Source of the DNA: Bigelowiella natans CCMP2755
Lineage: Eukaryota; Protista; Cercozoa
Length of the DNA stretch: 64,000 nt
NCBI GenBank assembly: GCA_000320545.1
Contig: ADNK01002518.1
Coordinates: forward strand, 1 to 64,000
Reading direction: 5' to 3'
In this document: positions 1-14,009 of the stretch, piece by piece
Layout: every line of letters starts with the position of its first letter
How positions within the stretch are numbered: the stretch's first letter is position 1
Notes under the pieces: generated by a model
What the model was told of the DNA's origin: nothing
Database searches by the model: none
Seen by the model: only the letters and a program-made list of their open reading frames with translations
Translations under genes and position numbers: made by a program

Positions 1-720
1 GATGGTGGTGGTCATGTGACGGAGGAAGAAAAAAAGGATGCCCTCAGATGGGGAACACGTTTGAAGAAGCTGAGCAAGGTTGCACGGGGAAGGCGCTTCC
101 CCTGCCCTCATTGGTGCCAGCTTTTTGCGTTTGCCTTGCACTCCCCGGGTCGCTCATGCGGTGTGCCTTTCTCGACTGGTTGCTCCTGTTTGTCAAGCAC
201 GCAACTCTGACCGTTGCGGCAAGTTTTTTTGCTTTGCACGTGATTTTTCATTGCGAAGCTTTTTTCCTTCGTTTTCTCAATGTCCAGATTTGTGTTCGTG
301 TGCGTGTTGGCTGTTGTTTGCAATCACAAGCTGAAAATGGCGCAGCTGCGTTCATTGGTGATGGATTGCAGTGCGCACGTGATGTTTTGCTGCAGATTTC
401 TCCGTCTAGCCGTCAATGCACTGCGTTCGCATTGCACGTTTCATTGGACGGGATTGTGCCCATCGCTTTCTAGTTTTCACTGTGGTCACTAGACAACCCG
501 AACAAATGAGCCACGTGAGACGTGCATGACATCTTTCAAGTGCAACCTTGCTGTGAAATGTTTGCTACATCTAGACATGTCAACTCCCACATGTTCTACC
601 ATTGAAAGTTGCCATCTAGACACATCAAGATGATGTCATGAAGAAAAATGACAAAATGTTGGCAAAATGATGCACGGATGAAATTTCGCACATCACACAT
701 GTTTGCATGCATGTGCATTT
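1..720. repeat. TpA-depleted repeat island downstream of the ARP4 3' end
   Basis: No TA dinucleotide from 1 to ~565 except inside CTAG. Footprints ccgt-CTAG-ccgt (402-413) and acat-CTAG-acat (567-578). The overlapping ORFs lack Tyr. Confidence 0.75.
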
Positions 721-790
721 GTTTTCCTATAGCAACTACTGTAGATGAATATTCTTTAACAATTATTCCCTCATACTGCAGGTGCTGCTG

Positions 791-2586
791 CTATGGACAT
801 TTTCGGCGAAGAAGATTGACACCATGCTCCTCATATCTGGGAAAAAGCAAGATTAGTAAGAGATGCAGCTGCTAACTGTTGTTCATAACACATACTCCTG
901 TTTCGATAGCCACATTTGGTGGAAGGTTCCTAAAGACGCCAGTATTGATCCCCCGATCCAGACGCCATAGCACTTTTCACTCTGTGTTATTGAGGCATCA
1001 ATGTTGCAAAAATAAATAATTTCCACGATAATATTTTTAGAATACTTCTAATATCTTGTTAGTATTACAATCACGCATAAATTTTCAAACCTTAGTGCTT
1101 GTAGGGATGGTTTTTACTTTGAAAGCGGATGGAATTGAGTGCTCTAAATCTCGATTTAGTCTTTCGGGAAGTCCGGGTAAAATTGATGAACCTCCTGTTA
1201 CAAAAGTTGATGATGATGACGACGATGATAATCATTGTATCAGTGATGCTGCTGCTACTGCTGATGATAGTAGTATGTATAAGATAAATCTACTACATCT
1301 GTCGTCTATCTCTCTTTCAGATCAACATTTATGATGCCCCCCCTCCCTCCCTCTCATCATCCGTCACTATTACCTGTGAGGACTATGGAAGAGAACAAAT
1401 CTCTCCTAATGTCTGGCTCACATGTGTTGATGGACTCTATCACCATATTGGGTATACCATTGAACTTGAATCCGCCCTGTTTTGATTGATTGATGATGTT
1501 GTAGCAGTATTTAACAATGGTAATAGCAGCTACTGATGATAATGATGACAAAATAACTTGCTTACAATGTCCTGAGATATATTGAAGTTGCCGGGGTTGA
1601 ACAAAATCTCGCTGGCCTCATATCTTTCTGATCCAATTTCCAATATTTTCCCATCGGGGAGTTCGTAAGATGTTCTTGGCACGTTCTCGTAGTCCTTACG
1701 TGTTTGTAGTAGTAATAGTAATAGTAGTAGCAGTATTAGTATATAAATCAGTAATCATTGCATAAATAACTAACTTAACCATCAGTAAAGTTACAAATGC
1801 TGTGTGCGTGTATATCTTGTACTACTATTGGACTGTTACTACGACACTACTAACACTACCACTACGACAATACCTTAGGGTTAAAACTTGAATCTGCCAC
1901 ACGGCATATCGATTCCTGTGTGTCAGCAGCAATTATATATGATTCAAATTCATATTGTTATTATCATCATTATTGTAATGATTTTGTTTTTGCTGAGCAC
2001 CTTTATATCCCGAACCACTTCCATACACATGTATCGATGAAATGAGGCAGTCGTGTTCTGTCACAAAGAAAAGCAATGGTAATACGAAATCAAAGCTTGG
2101 ATTATGTGTCACGTTGTGGTCTCAGTTATTTGTGTACTGTTAGCAATATTGGACATTGAAATTAATATAAGTATATGCATTTATCATAGAACCGGAAACG
2201 TGCTAAGACTTGTCTTGAGTGCTCCTTTGTCAAATTTCTGATGTTGATGAAATTATGAATGTGTGATGATCGATTACTTTAGGATCGTAGTAGCGAATGA
2301 ATAAAAAGCGGAAGGAAATTGCTGTGCCTCTACGATGTGAAAACGCAAGTAGTTACAAATTACATGATAAGGATGGCATTTTATTCGTGATGACGACTAC
2401 GACGATGATGGTTTAAGGGAAAAGAAAGTGATAAATTAATGAATTGGATAAAATGCTGCTGATGGAGAGAGCTTGTTTGAGACTCTTTTTCTAGAAAGTA
2501 GCACGCATAGACAGACACGCATTAATATATACTATACTGACCTTCTTCAGTAGGTATGGAGGCACCAGCTCTAGTGGAGTGTCCTG

Positions 2587-2619
<33 letters not shown>

Positions 2620-3302
2620 TTGATAAGCGATGATATATCATTCGATGTATGTGTGAACATGCATGCATGCGTCCATTCAGATGTGCTGCTGCACTATATT
2701 ATTGTTTGTGCTCGCTAGCTTGTGTGCGTACGACGCATGCGCAGAAAAGTTTGACAATAATACTGTCATTGAATACACGACGCGGTGCTTTAATGAATTA
2801 CTACTTTCTTTCGAAATAGTAACTGTTCCAGAGCGACATCAAGCATTTCTCTGTGGGAGGTGTAGTAGCAGTGATAGTAGATTTTTTGCTTCAGTTTAAT
2901 GGTATGGTGGTGATTTATTTGGGAGAAGAGATGTTTCAAGTTATTATTTGTTAAGAGTAAGGAGAGAGTTACAGGCAGAAAATAGAATGGTGTTTTAATA
3001 CCACCTTCTCTACCACCATCACCATCACCATCATCACCATACTCTACCACCGTCTATCACCATCTCACAACTAGGTGCTACATAATCATAAATCAATTAT
3101 AATATATGTACTATGCATATCTCCGTACTGTTTTTATTTATGTGGATTTATGTGAAGGACGTTTGCTCTTAACTACCACATGTTCTTTCCTACATCACAT
3201 ACTTCCACTTCTATATTACTAATACTATTACTAATACCCTGCCATTCTAGTTTTTCGAACGCCTTTGTTGAGTACATAACCGTCGTGTACAGGCACCTGA
3301 GC

Positions 3303-3338
<36 letters not shown>

Positions 3339-4496
3339 GCCATATATTCAAACGAAACGCCATCAATGGTGTAATAACGATATTTTGTATTCTCAAAATA
3401 AGGTTACATTATTGTAGCCGTCTTTTTTTATACATACATGTTTCTACAGTGCTGTAAGTAGTAGTAGTGTTATTTCACCAATCTTCTACCACACCGAACT
3501 ATACTACTACTACTACTACTACTACTGGTACTACTATTAAAATCTCAATAAGCAATGATACCAGCACCTGCCTGTTTACCACCACCAGCAACAACAACAA
3601 CAACAACAACTACTACTACTACTACTACACTACTCTTTGAAATGGAAAAATAGCGGTGTATGGCGAAATTAGTTGCTTTTATTTTGCTTGTACTAATATC
3701 TTGATTTGCTGTATTTTGCTTTTACTAATATTTCATTTGCTGTAGTTTACCGTACTAGTGACCCCCCCTCCTATGTCGACGACGAGAGCTACGTGCTTGC
3801 CAACAGCAAATGAAGCCAACACAGAATCCTTTACTAAAAATGTCGCAGGGGAGTTATGCTTTTCGAACAGTAGCTCCATTAATTTTTTCCGGTTCTAAAC
3901 GACAACAATACATGAAATAACAACCAAAGCCAAAATCAGTATCATTTAGCAGCCATTACGGTGAATGGTGAATCAAGTACCTCAGGAGGATTGAAGGTGG
4001 GCTCTGCCACTAAGACAGGAAACTCTTTCAAGTCAACTCGCATATGTTTTGTGAAGGCGTAATTCCAAATTTGCTCTACAGCTTCCCAATCTTTGACTAT
4101 CCCGTTACGGAGGGGCTTGCAAATGTCCATGTTATCTCTTCGAAACGTGATGCCTTGTGATCCAATAAAATATTTTCGACTATTATTTATGGGCTGTTTC
4201 ATCTTTCTTTTTGTATCAGCACTGGGGGTTGCCTCTGAGACAGCCGCAGTAGCAGATGGCGGTAACGTTGTCGTCATCATTTTTACATCCTCTTTCGAAG
4301 CAGACTCCACCTCCATGGCGGATGATACTGCTCTTACTCCACTGTTATCACTTTGCTTTCCATTACCTCCTCCTCTGGTGATCCCCACTGCCGTAGGGAT
4401 CACAACCTTCGGAAGATCTTCACCCGCATAGCCAGCTTTTGTGTATGTTGTTCCCACATCTATCACAAGTGCTCCAACCTCATCGCCACCATACAT
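791..4496 (-). CDS. ARP4: Actin-related protein 4 (ARP4/ACTL6/BAF53), multi-exon
   Basis: N-terminus [30 protein letters not shown]. Internal exons include '[14 protein letters not shown]' and '[18 protein letters not shown]'. The gene ends ...[14 protein letters not shown] (stop 791-793). GT-AG introns are rich in microsatellites. Confidence 0.93.
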
Positions 4497-5015
4497 GACT
4501 TCTTTTCAATTATTCACCTTCCTCGTCTTATTGGTCTCTGCCGTTTTACTTTTTTTAATCCTACAATATATCCTTCTCCTTAATTAACCCCACTTTAATC
4601 GTCGAAGATGGGTGGTACTCGCTCACACTGCGCTGCTGACTGTTACGCCCGATCCTAACAAAATTGTACTTTTTATTACTGGATCTAGTCTAATAATACG
4701 CGTGCATATGTGTGCGAGAGAGGGAGTGCAGGAGTGGGAGACAGTGCGCGCGTGTGTGTGTGGAGAAAGAGAGGGGGAGAGAGAAACATGCGTGAACTTT
4801 CTCGAATGAAAAATTTGTCAAAACGGCACACCCCCCCACGCCAAATACATTTAGGTCACCACACGAGTCAATGAAATTGAAAACATAGTGAGGGGGAGGT
4901 CGGACACTTAAATTCACACGGCATTGCGGAGCTCTCACGAAGGTGTTTGTGTGGCGCCATTAGCACCTTGTTGGTACGGTGAGTCAATGATGATTTGGAG
5001 AACCTTGTTGTTGTT

Positions 5016-5048
<33 letters not shown>

Positions 5049-5608
5049 GGATGTTATCATTATTGGTAGTAGTATTCTCTTCCCATTTTTAATTTCATCG
5101 TTATTTTGTTTTGAGTTTTTACATCATTTTAGGTTTTGGACATCATCCTTAGGTCGTCCCTAGACGTAGATCTATCGAAAATATTTTATCAGTCATCTCA
5201 ACAGCGAAAAAAATAAAAACAAAAAAATAAATCGTGTTGAGTGCCGAGAAGGATTATTCCATGATTATTTTGTCGGGAGAAATGGCTGAATAATAGTAGA
5301 TACGAAGGAGCACAAGGCTGTATCATCCGCATTTCTGGTGGTGGTGGTGGTGGTGCCGCTTCTGCACAAGAAGTAGAATACATCCTACGATCATCACATC
5401 CACCAAAACAAAAAATCAGGACAGCAATACTTTGATCCAGAGCGAAGAACGAAAACAAACAAAAAACAAACGAGGGGCGGAACAGCGAGCTAGTATTCCG
5501 ATGGGTGTCAACTACAGTCACCTCCGCGATGTTGTCAGAGTTCTCGGGCTTAATCTCTCGAATGGGTCACTAGAAATAGTAGCTTCTCCAAATTATTAGT
5601 TAGATGAC

Positions 5609-6537
5609 ATGACGGCGTGTTGCAGGCGATACCTGGCAAGGAATGACGTTGAAATTCTGTTTAAGCTGGTTCCCAACAAAAACATTACAGTGCAGAACTT
5701 AGTAAAATGGCGAACTAAGGTAAAATGAGACAAAACTATTTAAATCAGCTGACATCCTTACGTACGTACAGGTAGAGGAGGCATCGACATTTTCTTGTTG
5801 TCGAGACAAAAGAGGAGAGCTTAATAAAGAGTTTCACATCACCGAAGTTGAGGTATTGATTTCGCACAAGTTGTATCTTTCCTTACATAATAATATTCAT
5901 CCTGCTGAACTGCGACCCTACTTCCTACCCAACAACCAGGATTACTTAATATTCATGGGGGTTAATGTTTCTGAGATGAAAAGCAACGTGGTACTGGATT
6001 TGGAAGCCAAGATGAAAAATGAGGATATAAGCAAGAAGATCATTAGGACCTATATTACTGCAAGGGTAGTAGTGAAGAGTACTTTAATTTCATACCTCCT
6101 TCAATACAGAAGACTCTTTGTTGTCTGTTGTTCGTCATTTTTTTACTCAAAGTTGATGTTTGATGCTTTGAGGATTTTGGTCAAATTGATTCATGCTTGT
6201 ATGTTGCAAAATGCAGGAATGGGACAACTCTTTAATCGACCTTCCAAAGAGTCAAATCGCTATCGGAGAGTTCAGTGTTGTTCTTTTCGGGGCAAAGGAG
6301 GTCAAAATGCAAGAGGAATTTACAGAAAGATTTGTCCTCAAGTATCCCAAGTTATTGGAACAGAAAATAGAAAATGAGAAGATTGGATGGATTGTAGAAC
6401 AAAAAGACCTTGAGGAATTTCTTTGGAAGCACGAAAAATCTAGATTAAGTCACTATGACACATTGATGACTGAAAACGTTCAAGTGTGGATCTCGAAGGA
6501 AAAACATCTAGAAAGACAAACAACACGATTACACTGA
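5609..6537 (+). CDS. Hypothetical spliced protein, about 4 exons
   Basis: Phase-consistent GT-AG joins link MTACCRRYLARNDVEILFK.. / VEEASTFSCC.. / DYLIFMGVNVSEMK.. / EWDNSLIDLPK..RQTTRLH*. No recognisable domain. Confidence 0.4.
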
Positions 6538-6699
6538 TTTGTCATTTGTGTTAATAAATTTTCAAAAATTCTGAAACATCAAATTCCTCATCATGGAAAT
6601 TATGTGTTGAAGCTTACCTTCTTGCTGCTTGGATCGTCGCATATCATGACATCGAATAGAGAGAAATAAATAAGCCCACAGCTGCAAAATCCGCTACTC

Positions 6700-8010
6700 T
6701 CCGGAGTCTCCTAGTTTCCTAGCACCGCTAGACAGACAGGAACAAAGATCGTGAACAGATTCTCGGATGCCGATTCAAAGATTCGAAATTCCACAAACAT
6801 GTTTACATCATGTTAGCAACAGAGCAGTGATGCAAATGCTGCTTTCAACTATGCAACAGCTCAATCCATCGATTACAGAACATTTTGCAGTTATTGTTTC
6901 GCTGCAAATGCAAGCAAGCACCTTGAACCTGCGAGCAAAAAGCTTCAAATTTAGAAATTGCTCAAGAATGAATTGTTAAGAGGCTGGATCTCTAGATCTG
7001 GCTCATTTTACTAAGCGCCTAGCGCTGTGTCAGACATCTGTGCGTGTAAAATGTGTGAGACGGCTAGACGGATGCAAGTCGCAAGTGATCAAATCTTTTC
7101 AATGGTCATCATCCTGATGTAGCTATGCAAAGCAGCGGCCACAGCTGGACAGCGCTTAGGTCATGCATGCAGAATGTGCACATGCTGACACGTGTGCAAG
7201 TGCGTGTGCTGTGCACCATGCTTATTATATGCTGCGTGCATTATTGACTAGCACAGGGTTTGTGCAAACCCTGTGCTTTTGCGCGCGCGGCCTGGCGCGT
7301 TCAATCGTTGCAATTGTACATTGGAAGCACACTGGAGCCTGTTTGAAGTTCAAATTTGAATTTTTTCCAATTTCAGCTTCAAAACCTCAGCTTTCAACGC
7401 TTGCCGCCAGCGGGCGCAAACAATTGCAAAATGCTTGCCAATTCTGAAACAGCTAGCGCAGTTGCACTTGCTGTGCCACAGCGTTTTGCAAGCTCATGAG
7501 GTGTGCTAGCTAGCTAGTCTAGTAGTGTTTGTGCGGTGTGCGCCCGCACACTAGCTAGCTTTGCATCATTGTGAAATTTCAGCACACGCACGCAAAAATT
7601 GCTCTCAAACAAGAGGTCATGCCACTCGCGTTGCAGTTTTGACGGAGTTGTGCAGTCGTTGCAGGGTTTGACGGAGTTGTGGAACACTGAATGGCCTGCG
7701 CGATGAGTCTTCGTCCCACTGTCAGTTGCTCTAGCTAGCTAGTCTAGTAGTGCCAGTAGTGCCGTGCTCATGCTGTAGTATTGTGGCATGCACGCATGTC
7801 TAGCCCTAGAGCTAGCCAGGGTGCTGCAGTGTCTAGTGTCCTGGTGTCTAGATGTCTAGATCTAGAGACGTCTAGACGTGACAGTGAGATCACTAGATCA
7901 TGCTAGCATGAGTGTGTCAACTGAATAATCATGAGACGAAACGATGATTCCAATCTAGCAATCTCGCACAGCTATGCTAGCATGGCACGCCGACGAGGAA
8001 GCGCGTTCTA
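6700..8010. repeat. TpA-depleted, CTAG-rich repeat island between convergent gene ends
   Basis: Rich in TG and CA. Many NNNN-CTAG-NNNN motifs (6988, 7060, 7515, 7868, 7889, 7899). ~29 bp tandem duplication at 7630-7682. Contains a hairpin-repeat copy at 7057-7157. Confidence 0.75.
7057..7157 (+). repeat. Dispersed ~100 bp hairpin repeat, copy 1
   Basis: Matches GAGACGGATGYAA...TTCAATGGTCATCCTGATGTAGCTATGCAAAGCAGCGGCYACAGCGCT, shared with the copies at 20603, 27505, 59465 and 59852. Confidence 0.75.
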
Positions 8011-8259
8011 CTAGCCCAGCAGCTTTTATGTGAGTAACAAAAGCGACTTTGTCGGTAAATCCTATTGTCATGCGCCAGAAAATTGCGTTCATGCAAAACA
8101 AAAAGCAATGACCTAGCATTTTAAGGCACAAGCACAATGCACAGCAATATGTTAATTTAAACTTTATGTATATTGTCTGGACTGGGAACACTGCAGCATT
8201 TTTTTTCCGGGGATCATCATCAAAAGGTTTTCCGATTGTTCGATGTTAAAATAAGTATT

Positions 8260-8387
8260 TTATTTTTGTAGTCGAGACGGATACAAAAAATCGTGATTGA
8301 GTAAATCATCGACTGTCGGCCTTTCCGAAGGATTTCGATTTAAACATCTGCGACAGTAAAATTATTTGTCAATTCTTATCGCCTTTG

Positions 8388-8425
<38 letters not shown>

Positions 8426-9885
8426 ATTTTTTTAAAAAATGTTGCTACATTTTGATACAGTCCATCAATTTTTTGTCTGGATGGGATGGTATCTTGATTG
8501 CGTGTTTGGGGTCACATATGGCAAACATCTTTTGCATAATATTCTGAGAATGAATTAAATATAAAACAACGTATTTGTTAGATGGTGACCAAAGATATGA
8601 ATAAGTATGAGCCTGCCTCATCACTATCACCTTGATATGTGCAAAAGGAGCTCTTCCAAATGCCATTTGATATAATATACATCCCAAAGACCAGATGTCG
8701 GAAGACCTGAACAAGGTATAAGTACAGATAAACGCTGTGGTGGATGATTGAACTATATTTGAACGAAGATTTCCTCGTATTATCGTCTACCTTCGAAGTC
8801 TGAAAAATTTGCCATCATCCTCCCCCCCTTTGATAGTGGAGGCGTTACTTATTGATTCGGGAGACATGTAGTTCAATGTTCCAACCTAAAAGAGAGACCG
8901 TAGTAATATCATCGAATATGTAGAGCACGCGCACTACTACCATGTACTACCATTCATTACCTGGCTGTCGCGAACGACGGAAGTAACATCATCTCGGATT
9001 TGGCGTGCAATGCCAAAATCAATAATCTGTTTGTACAAACATCGATGGGAAAGATTGACCATAATATTATGAATTTTGTTTGCTTGTAGATAGAAGCAGA
9101 GTACAGGAGTGCACAGCGAGAACAGCAGTCGTATTTTCTAGTTATTCTAACTACCACTACACTACTGCTATATACACCACCTTTACAATTCCATCAACAA
9201 GGACAAAGTTCTGGGGCTTAAGATCCAAATGCACAATCCTCTGCTCATGTACAATCTATGTAGTAATATTTGGCAGCACGCACTATCATCAATCAATACG
9301 ACTACGAAGTAAGACTACGATGATAATACCACACAATATAATGTATATTCTACATCGCACGCAGCATACAGACATGCATAATGTCTCTGTATGTCTGTAA
9401 ACTAACACCACAAATTATTATGGCTACTAGCGGTCGTATAATTATCACCTTGACGCATTTCAGTATCTCTTCCCAATAAGCTCTGATTAGCGATTCGCTA
9501 AGACTTCTTCGACTAGATAGCATCATACATGCCCAAAAAATCAAATAATTTGACCACCACTACAATGACCACCACCACCACCGCCACCACCTCCTTTAAT
9601 TCTTTTTCTTATTTTTACAATGCTAATCAACACCGCATCAACGCTGACAGATCCGTAGATCCGATCTCGAAAATCATGAAGATCTTATTCTCAGATTTCT
9701 TTTCCTGAAAGGTCAATGGATAGAGATGATGACGGAGGAAATTAATGAGAATAATAATAGTGACAAACTATAAACGCACTAACCTCTGCATCTATTAGCT
9801 GTATAACGTGTTGTTGTTTCCGAAGCTTTACGAGTAAGTTGATTTCCATCCGATAGTTACCTATGTGCTGTAGTAATATCGTGAG

Positions 9886-9920
<35 letters not shown>

Positions 9921-12225
9921 GGGAATTTGCATAGTACCACGACTACTAATCAATCAATCAATCAGAGGAGGAGGGCTAGTTTGAAGATTACATTGGTATT
10001 ACTATGATGTACTACCTGATGGTAATGGGAAGGTTCTATATCAATTACTTTCAGTGCATACATTCTTAAATCCGAACTAATCACACGGTATACCTAAAAG
10101 AAAAATACTATCATTACAATAACCTTCGTCGATCAACTGCAACTCATGATTGTAGGTACTACCGCAGAGCTGCCCCCCCTTCCGATGAGAGATGCGCTAA
10201 TGTATGTCCTTCCTTTGATATTAAATCGCTTTCTGCTGCTACTGATATTGTTACTGCTGCTGCTGCTGCTAACTTTCTTAATGCTGGTGGTGGTGTAGAC
10301 GTTGTTCGCAGTAGTAGGTGCAGTGATAGTAGCAACTGATGCTCCAGCCTTCTTAGATAATGATGCTGCTGCATTTGTCGCTGCGTCACCTCCCCCCCCA
10401 GCACTTGCAATATCTCTGATTGATGATGAAGATGAAGATGATGGCTCTGTTGAATGTCGCCGTGATCCTGCATGTTTTGAATTATGACCTTGTTGCTTTT
10501 GCTGCTGATGATGGTGCCGAGAGTAGACGTATGCAGCAGATTTAGAAGATGCTGGTGTCTGGTACAGAATACGACGACGATGGTGGTGAGGCGTTGCACT
10601 TACTGTGGCAGTAGTAGTAGTGGCAGCAGTATGACTAATAATGCCCGTGGTCATTGTCGTTTTCGAATGGTCTTTCTTTTTTCCGGTGATGCCTACAACA
10701 GACGACTGACTACTCTGGTTTGAGACGTTACTAAAATTGCTGCTTTTCCTTCCATTGATGTCAGTGTCGGTCATGTCATTAGTAGTGTTCTCAGCAGGGT
10801 AGAAAGATTTTACAACAGGTTGTTTATGTTTATTGAGTAGAGCCGACTGCTCGCTCCTAGTTCGAATGACAGGTTTATGATGAGAGGAGGATAGTAATAA
10901 TGATGATGTCATTTTCGAATCACTAGCTTCCATACTTTTTTTCCTCGATGACATAACATTCATTTTGGATCTCGGAGTTTGAAACGAAGACGATGGAGCA
11001 AGATCATTCGGTTGATGTGTTGCAAGAACCGCATCGTTGTTGCTCACCTCTACTAATCCATTTTCTTCTTCTTCTTCTGTCCCTTTTGAAGACGTTCCAA
11101 TTGCAAATTTAAGCGAGGTCCGCCGCAGTTTGGATGCAGCTGTTGTAAGCAAGCCACGACTGGTAGCTGGGAGATATAGATTTTTCTTCCTAGTGTTTTG
11201 GCGCGATGAATCTAGATTGCGAGTTGCAGTGGCAGCTAGACTGGATGATATTGTTGTTGTTGACACTTTCTCTTTTGCCAAGACTGCGGAGCTACAAGTA
11301 GTATCAATCGAAGGACGGAGGATTACGTTCAATTTATCAGTTACTTTTCTTTCCCCCATTTCCGAGACAGTGGGAGTATCCCCCTCCTCAGTAGCATCAG
11401 TTGCACGCCTTGCAAGGAGGTAGTTGTTGCTTTCATCGTGGACACTTCTTTCGCTAGGATCGATATTTTCTTTATCCTGTAATCTATTTTGGTGTTGGAG
11501 ATGAGCATTTTCCCTTCGCGCTGGCTTTTCCTGAGAAGACTTAATCCTTATTTTGGTAGAAGTGTTCAAAGCTTTCTCGCCATTATGCTGATCCTGGTTT
11601 TCTTTTGAAGCTGGATTTTTATCACCCTGGTTTTCAACTTTATTTTTGTTGAAATCTTCTTTCCGTTGATTTAAACTGTTGCCTTCTTTACCAGTGCCAA
11701 TGTTGCTCTCATCATCATCGTAGTCTTCATCGTCGTCGTCGTCGTCATCATCGGCAGTGGAAGAGACTTCTACTCTCTTGGCTTTTCCTAAATTAAATGA
11801 TACAACGTGCTTGATCTTTGGCTTAGATCGCGCAACGAATGTCCCTAGTTTACGGTTCTGGGCTCCCGGAAGGCTTCTGAGTCCAAATCTCGAGGTGGTG
11901 GAAGTAGAAGACACCTTCGCTGCCTTGGAGCTGCTGTTTGTATTCAGACCGCGTCGTGATGGTAGAGGCATTGAATTTCCCGCCTTTCTCCTCCTCCTTC
12001 TGCTCGTCCTTCCTGTTATGTCTCCATCACCTCCTTCAAGAGCTCCTGGAGGCTTCAACATTATGTTCCGTTGAGGGGTTCTGGCAGACTCCTTTTTTTC
12101 AATACGACAGAGGAAAGATATGTCGTACATATTGGAAAAGATCCCTTTTTCAAAAACACGATATATATTTAAACCTCACCAACCTTATAGCAAGCGAAAT
12201 GGGGGGGTTTTCTGTTATGATGCAT
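8260..12225 (-). CDS. MPS1: Mps1/TTK dual-specificity spindle-checkpoint kinase with a long disordered N-terminus (start approximate)
   Basis: Kinase motifs [68 protein letters not shown]. The VRDSQVGT-NYMSPE activation segment is diagnostic for Mps1. Confidence 0.9.
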
Positions 12226-12748
12226 CAAAAAAAGGTGAATTTACACTTAGGGGCGCGAACCATGAAGCCGTTGGAACATGATTCTTGCTGAACAATGACA
12301 TTTAAGTGTTGGAATGAGTTTTATTTCTCTTGTCTCAAGCTGCGACATTGGCAACAATGAAATATATGTCAGAAAATTCGCATCTATTTATAATTTAACT
12401 GTCCTCAAATACATTGGTTAACACCTAGCAAATTACAAAATTATATCTTAAATAATAGAAGAAACCTGCGAAAAATGCCAAGACTCTCCAGGAATCTCTG
12501 GAGACATATCTTTGTGTTTGGAATTTGGGAGCCCGAGAGAACAGCGGTTTTTGGTTAGAACTGGGACCAAACTAGTGCACATGTTTTTGATTCTTTTATT
12601 GTCGCATGTGAATATTCTAGGACGATTGTTTTCGTGATTGGAAATCGTTCGAAACGACGAAGAAACGCCACAGTCGAAGAGATTGCTATCCCCCCCAGGC
12701 CATACATTCCAAGCACAATAGAAGGCTGACTGCATCTTGAAAGATAAA

Positions 12749-13861
12749 ATGCCTGAGGAGTCAATTTACGATTTAATCCCTAAACCAGTGTCTGCGTCGA
12801 AGAAAACGGTGCGGTATAAAAGCAAATTCAATCCGAAGATGCCGCCATCATACTCTACGTTCGGTCGTGGGGCTAGAGGACAACATACCACATCTAACGT
12901 TGGAGGTGATATGCAGAGTAACAAATCATCCAAAGCCAAAGGTTCTACATTCGGTCCAACTACAAAGCATCAAGTTGATTTCCAGAAATTCAAGACAAGA
13001 ACGAAGAAGGGATTACCGACTCGTAATTCTACCATCGTGAATTAATATTTCACACCTTGCCTGAATGTATTAACAAAATATTCATCGATCTTTTCGAAGT
13101 ATCACAGAGATGATGCATTTATCTTCTATTGCGACTATTTTGCGCATCATTTATTAATAACTGGCTCTGCTCTATATTCAGCCAAGAAGTTCACATATAC
13201 TGACCGTCGAAAACCTGGTTTGAGCATGAAACTGGAGAAAAGAGCAATTCCAAAGAAAGAAAAGAAGAATTTCATCACGCAAAATGCTGTCGATGCTATC
13301 ATGAAAGGTATGATGGCACACTGAGAGTAGCTTTCTTTTCAGATTGTGTAACTTATTCATAAACTATCAGTGACTAGAAAGCCTGAGAAGAAGGACGTTA
13401 GATTCGTGAAAAAGGCAGAATATGGAAAGGTTCCAGGATACTTAAAAGAGGTGAAAGCAGATATTCAAGCAGAAAGAGAATTCATCGAACAGATGTTGGA
13501 GAGATCGAAAGAGGAAGAAGACACACAGCCTAAGAATCGAGTCATGGATGAAGCTGAAAAGGAAGAGGTTCAGTTCTTTTCATTTCAAACGTGTAATTTT
13601 GTTTTGGATAAATATGCCAGAAATATAAATTATTGAACTGTACTGGTTTTTACTCACACCACTATTTTACCTCAGCTCCTGGACGCTCTGAAGATGAAGT
13701 GGGGGGAAGTTAATGAGAAATATCAAAAGATATCTCACGTAGTTAAGCTGGATACAATTGGAAAGAAGCGCAGGAAAGAACAATACGAAAAAGAGCTCAC
13801 CGAGCTTGATCAGGCTATTCAGAAACTCAGTAGGGGAACTGTATTCATTGCTGATGAATAA
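12749..13861 (+). CDS. ENKUR: Enkurin (flagellar calmodulin-binding microtubule inner protein)
   Basis: MPEESIYDLIPKP..YKSKF, KNFITQNAVDAI, KKAEYGKVPGYLKEVK, LLDALKMKWGEVNEKYQK..RKEQYEKELTELDQAIQKLS. Four exons with short introns. Confidence 0.88.
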
Positions 13862-14009
13862 GTGAAGCAAGACTTCCGTTAAAAAGACGATCACACAGTT
13901 TCCGTACGCGACTTGATTTTAAAAAAACCACGCAGGAATTGTCCAGGAGTGCTCGAGGAAATAATTTTGTAGCATTCTTCTAGGATACTTTGCTGATCAA
14001 TAAGTGTAC

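Noticed and set aside
16-492. Several overlapping ORFs on both strands (also at 30050-30968, 45493-45816 and 51548-52462)
   Set aside because: They arise from TpA loss, which removes TAA/TAG stops. They are Tyr-poor and Cys/His-rich with no homology, apart from the LINE fragment.
7731-7910. CTAG motifs as Helitron 3' ends or restriction/cloning scars
   Set aside because: Helitrons make no TSD and need an upstream hairpin. Cloning junctions would not duplicate 4-5 bp on both sides or decay to CTGG/CCAG. Raw-read confirmation is still desirable.
6700-8010. CpG-deamination or fungal RIP explanation for the TG/CA excess
   Set aside because: CpG is retained and TpA is lost. RIP would increase TpA.
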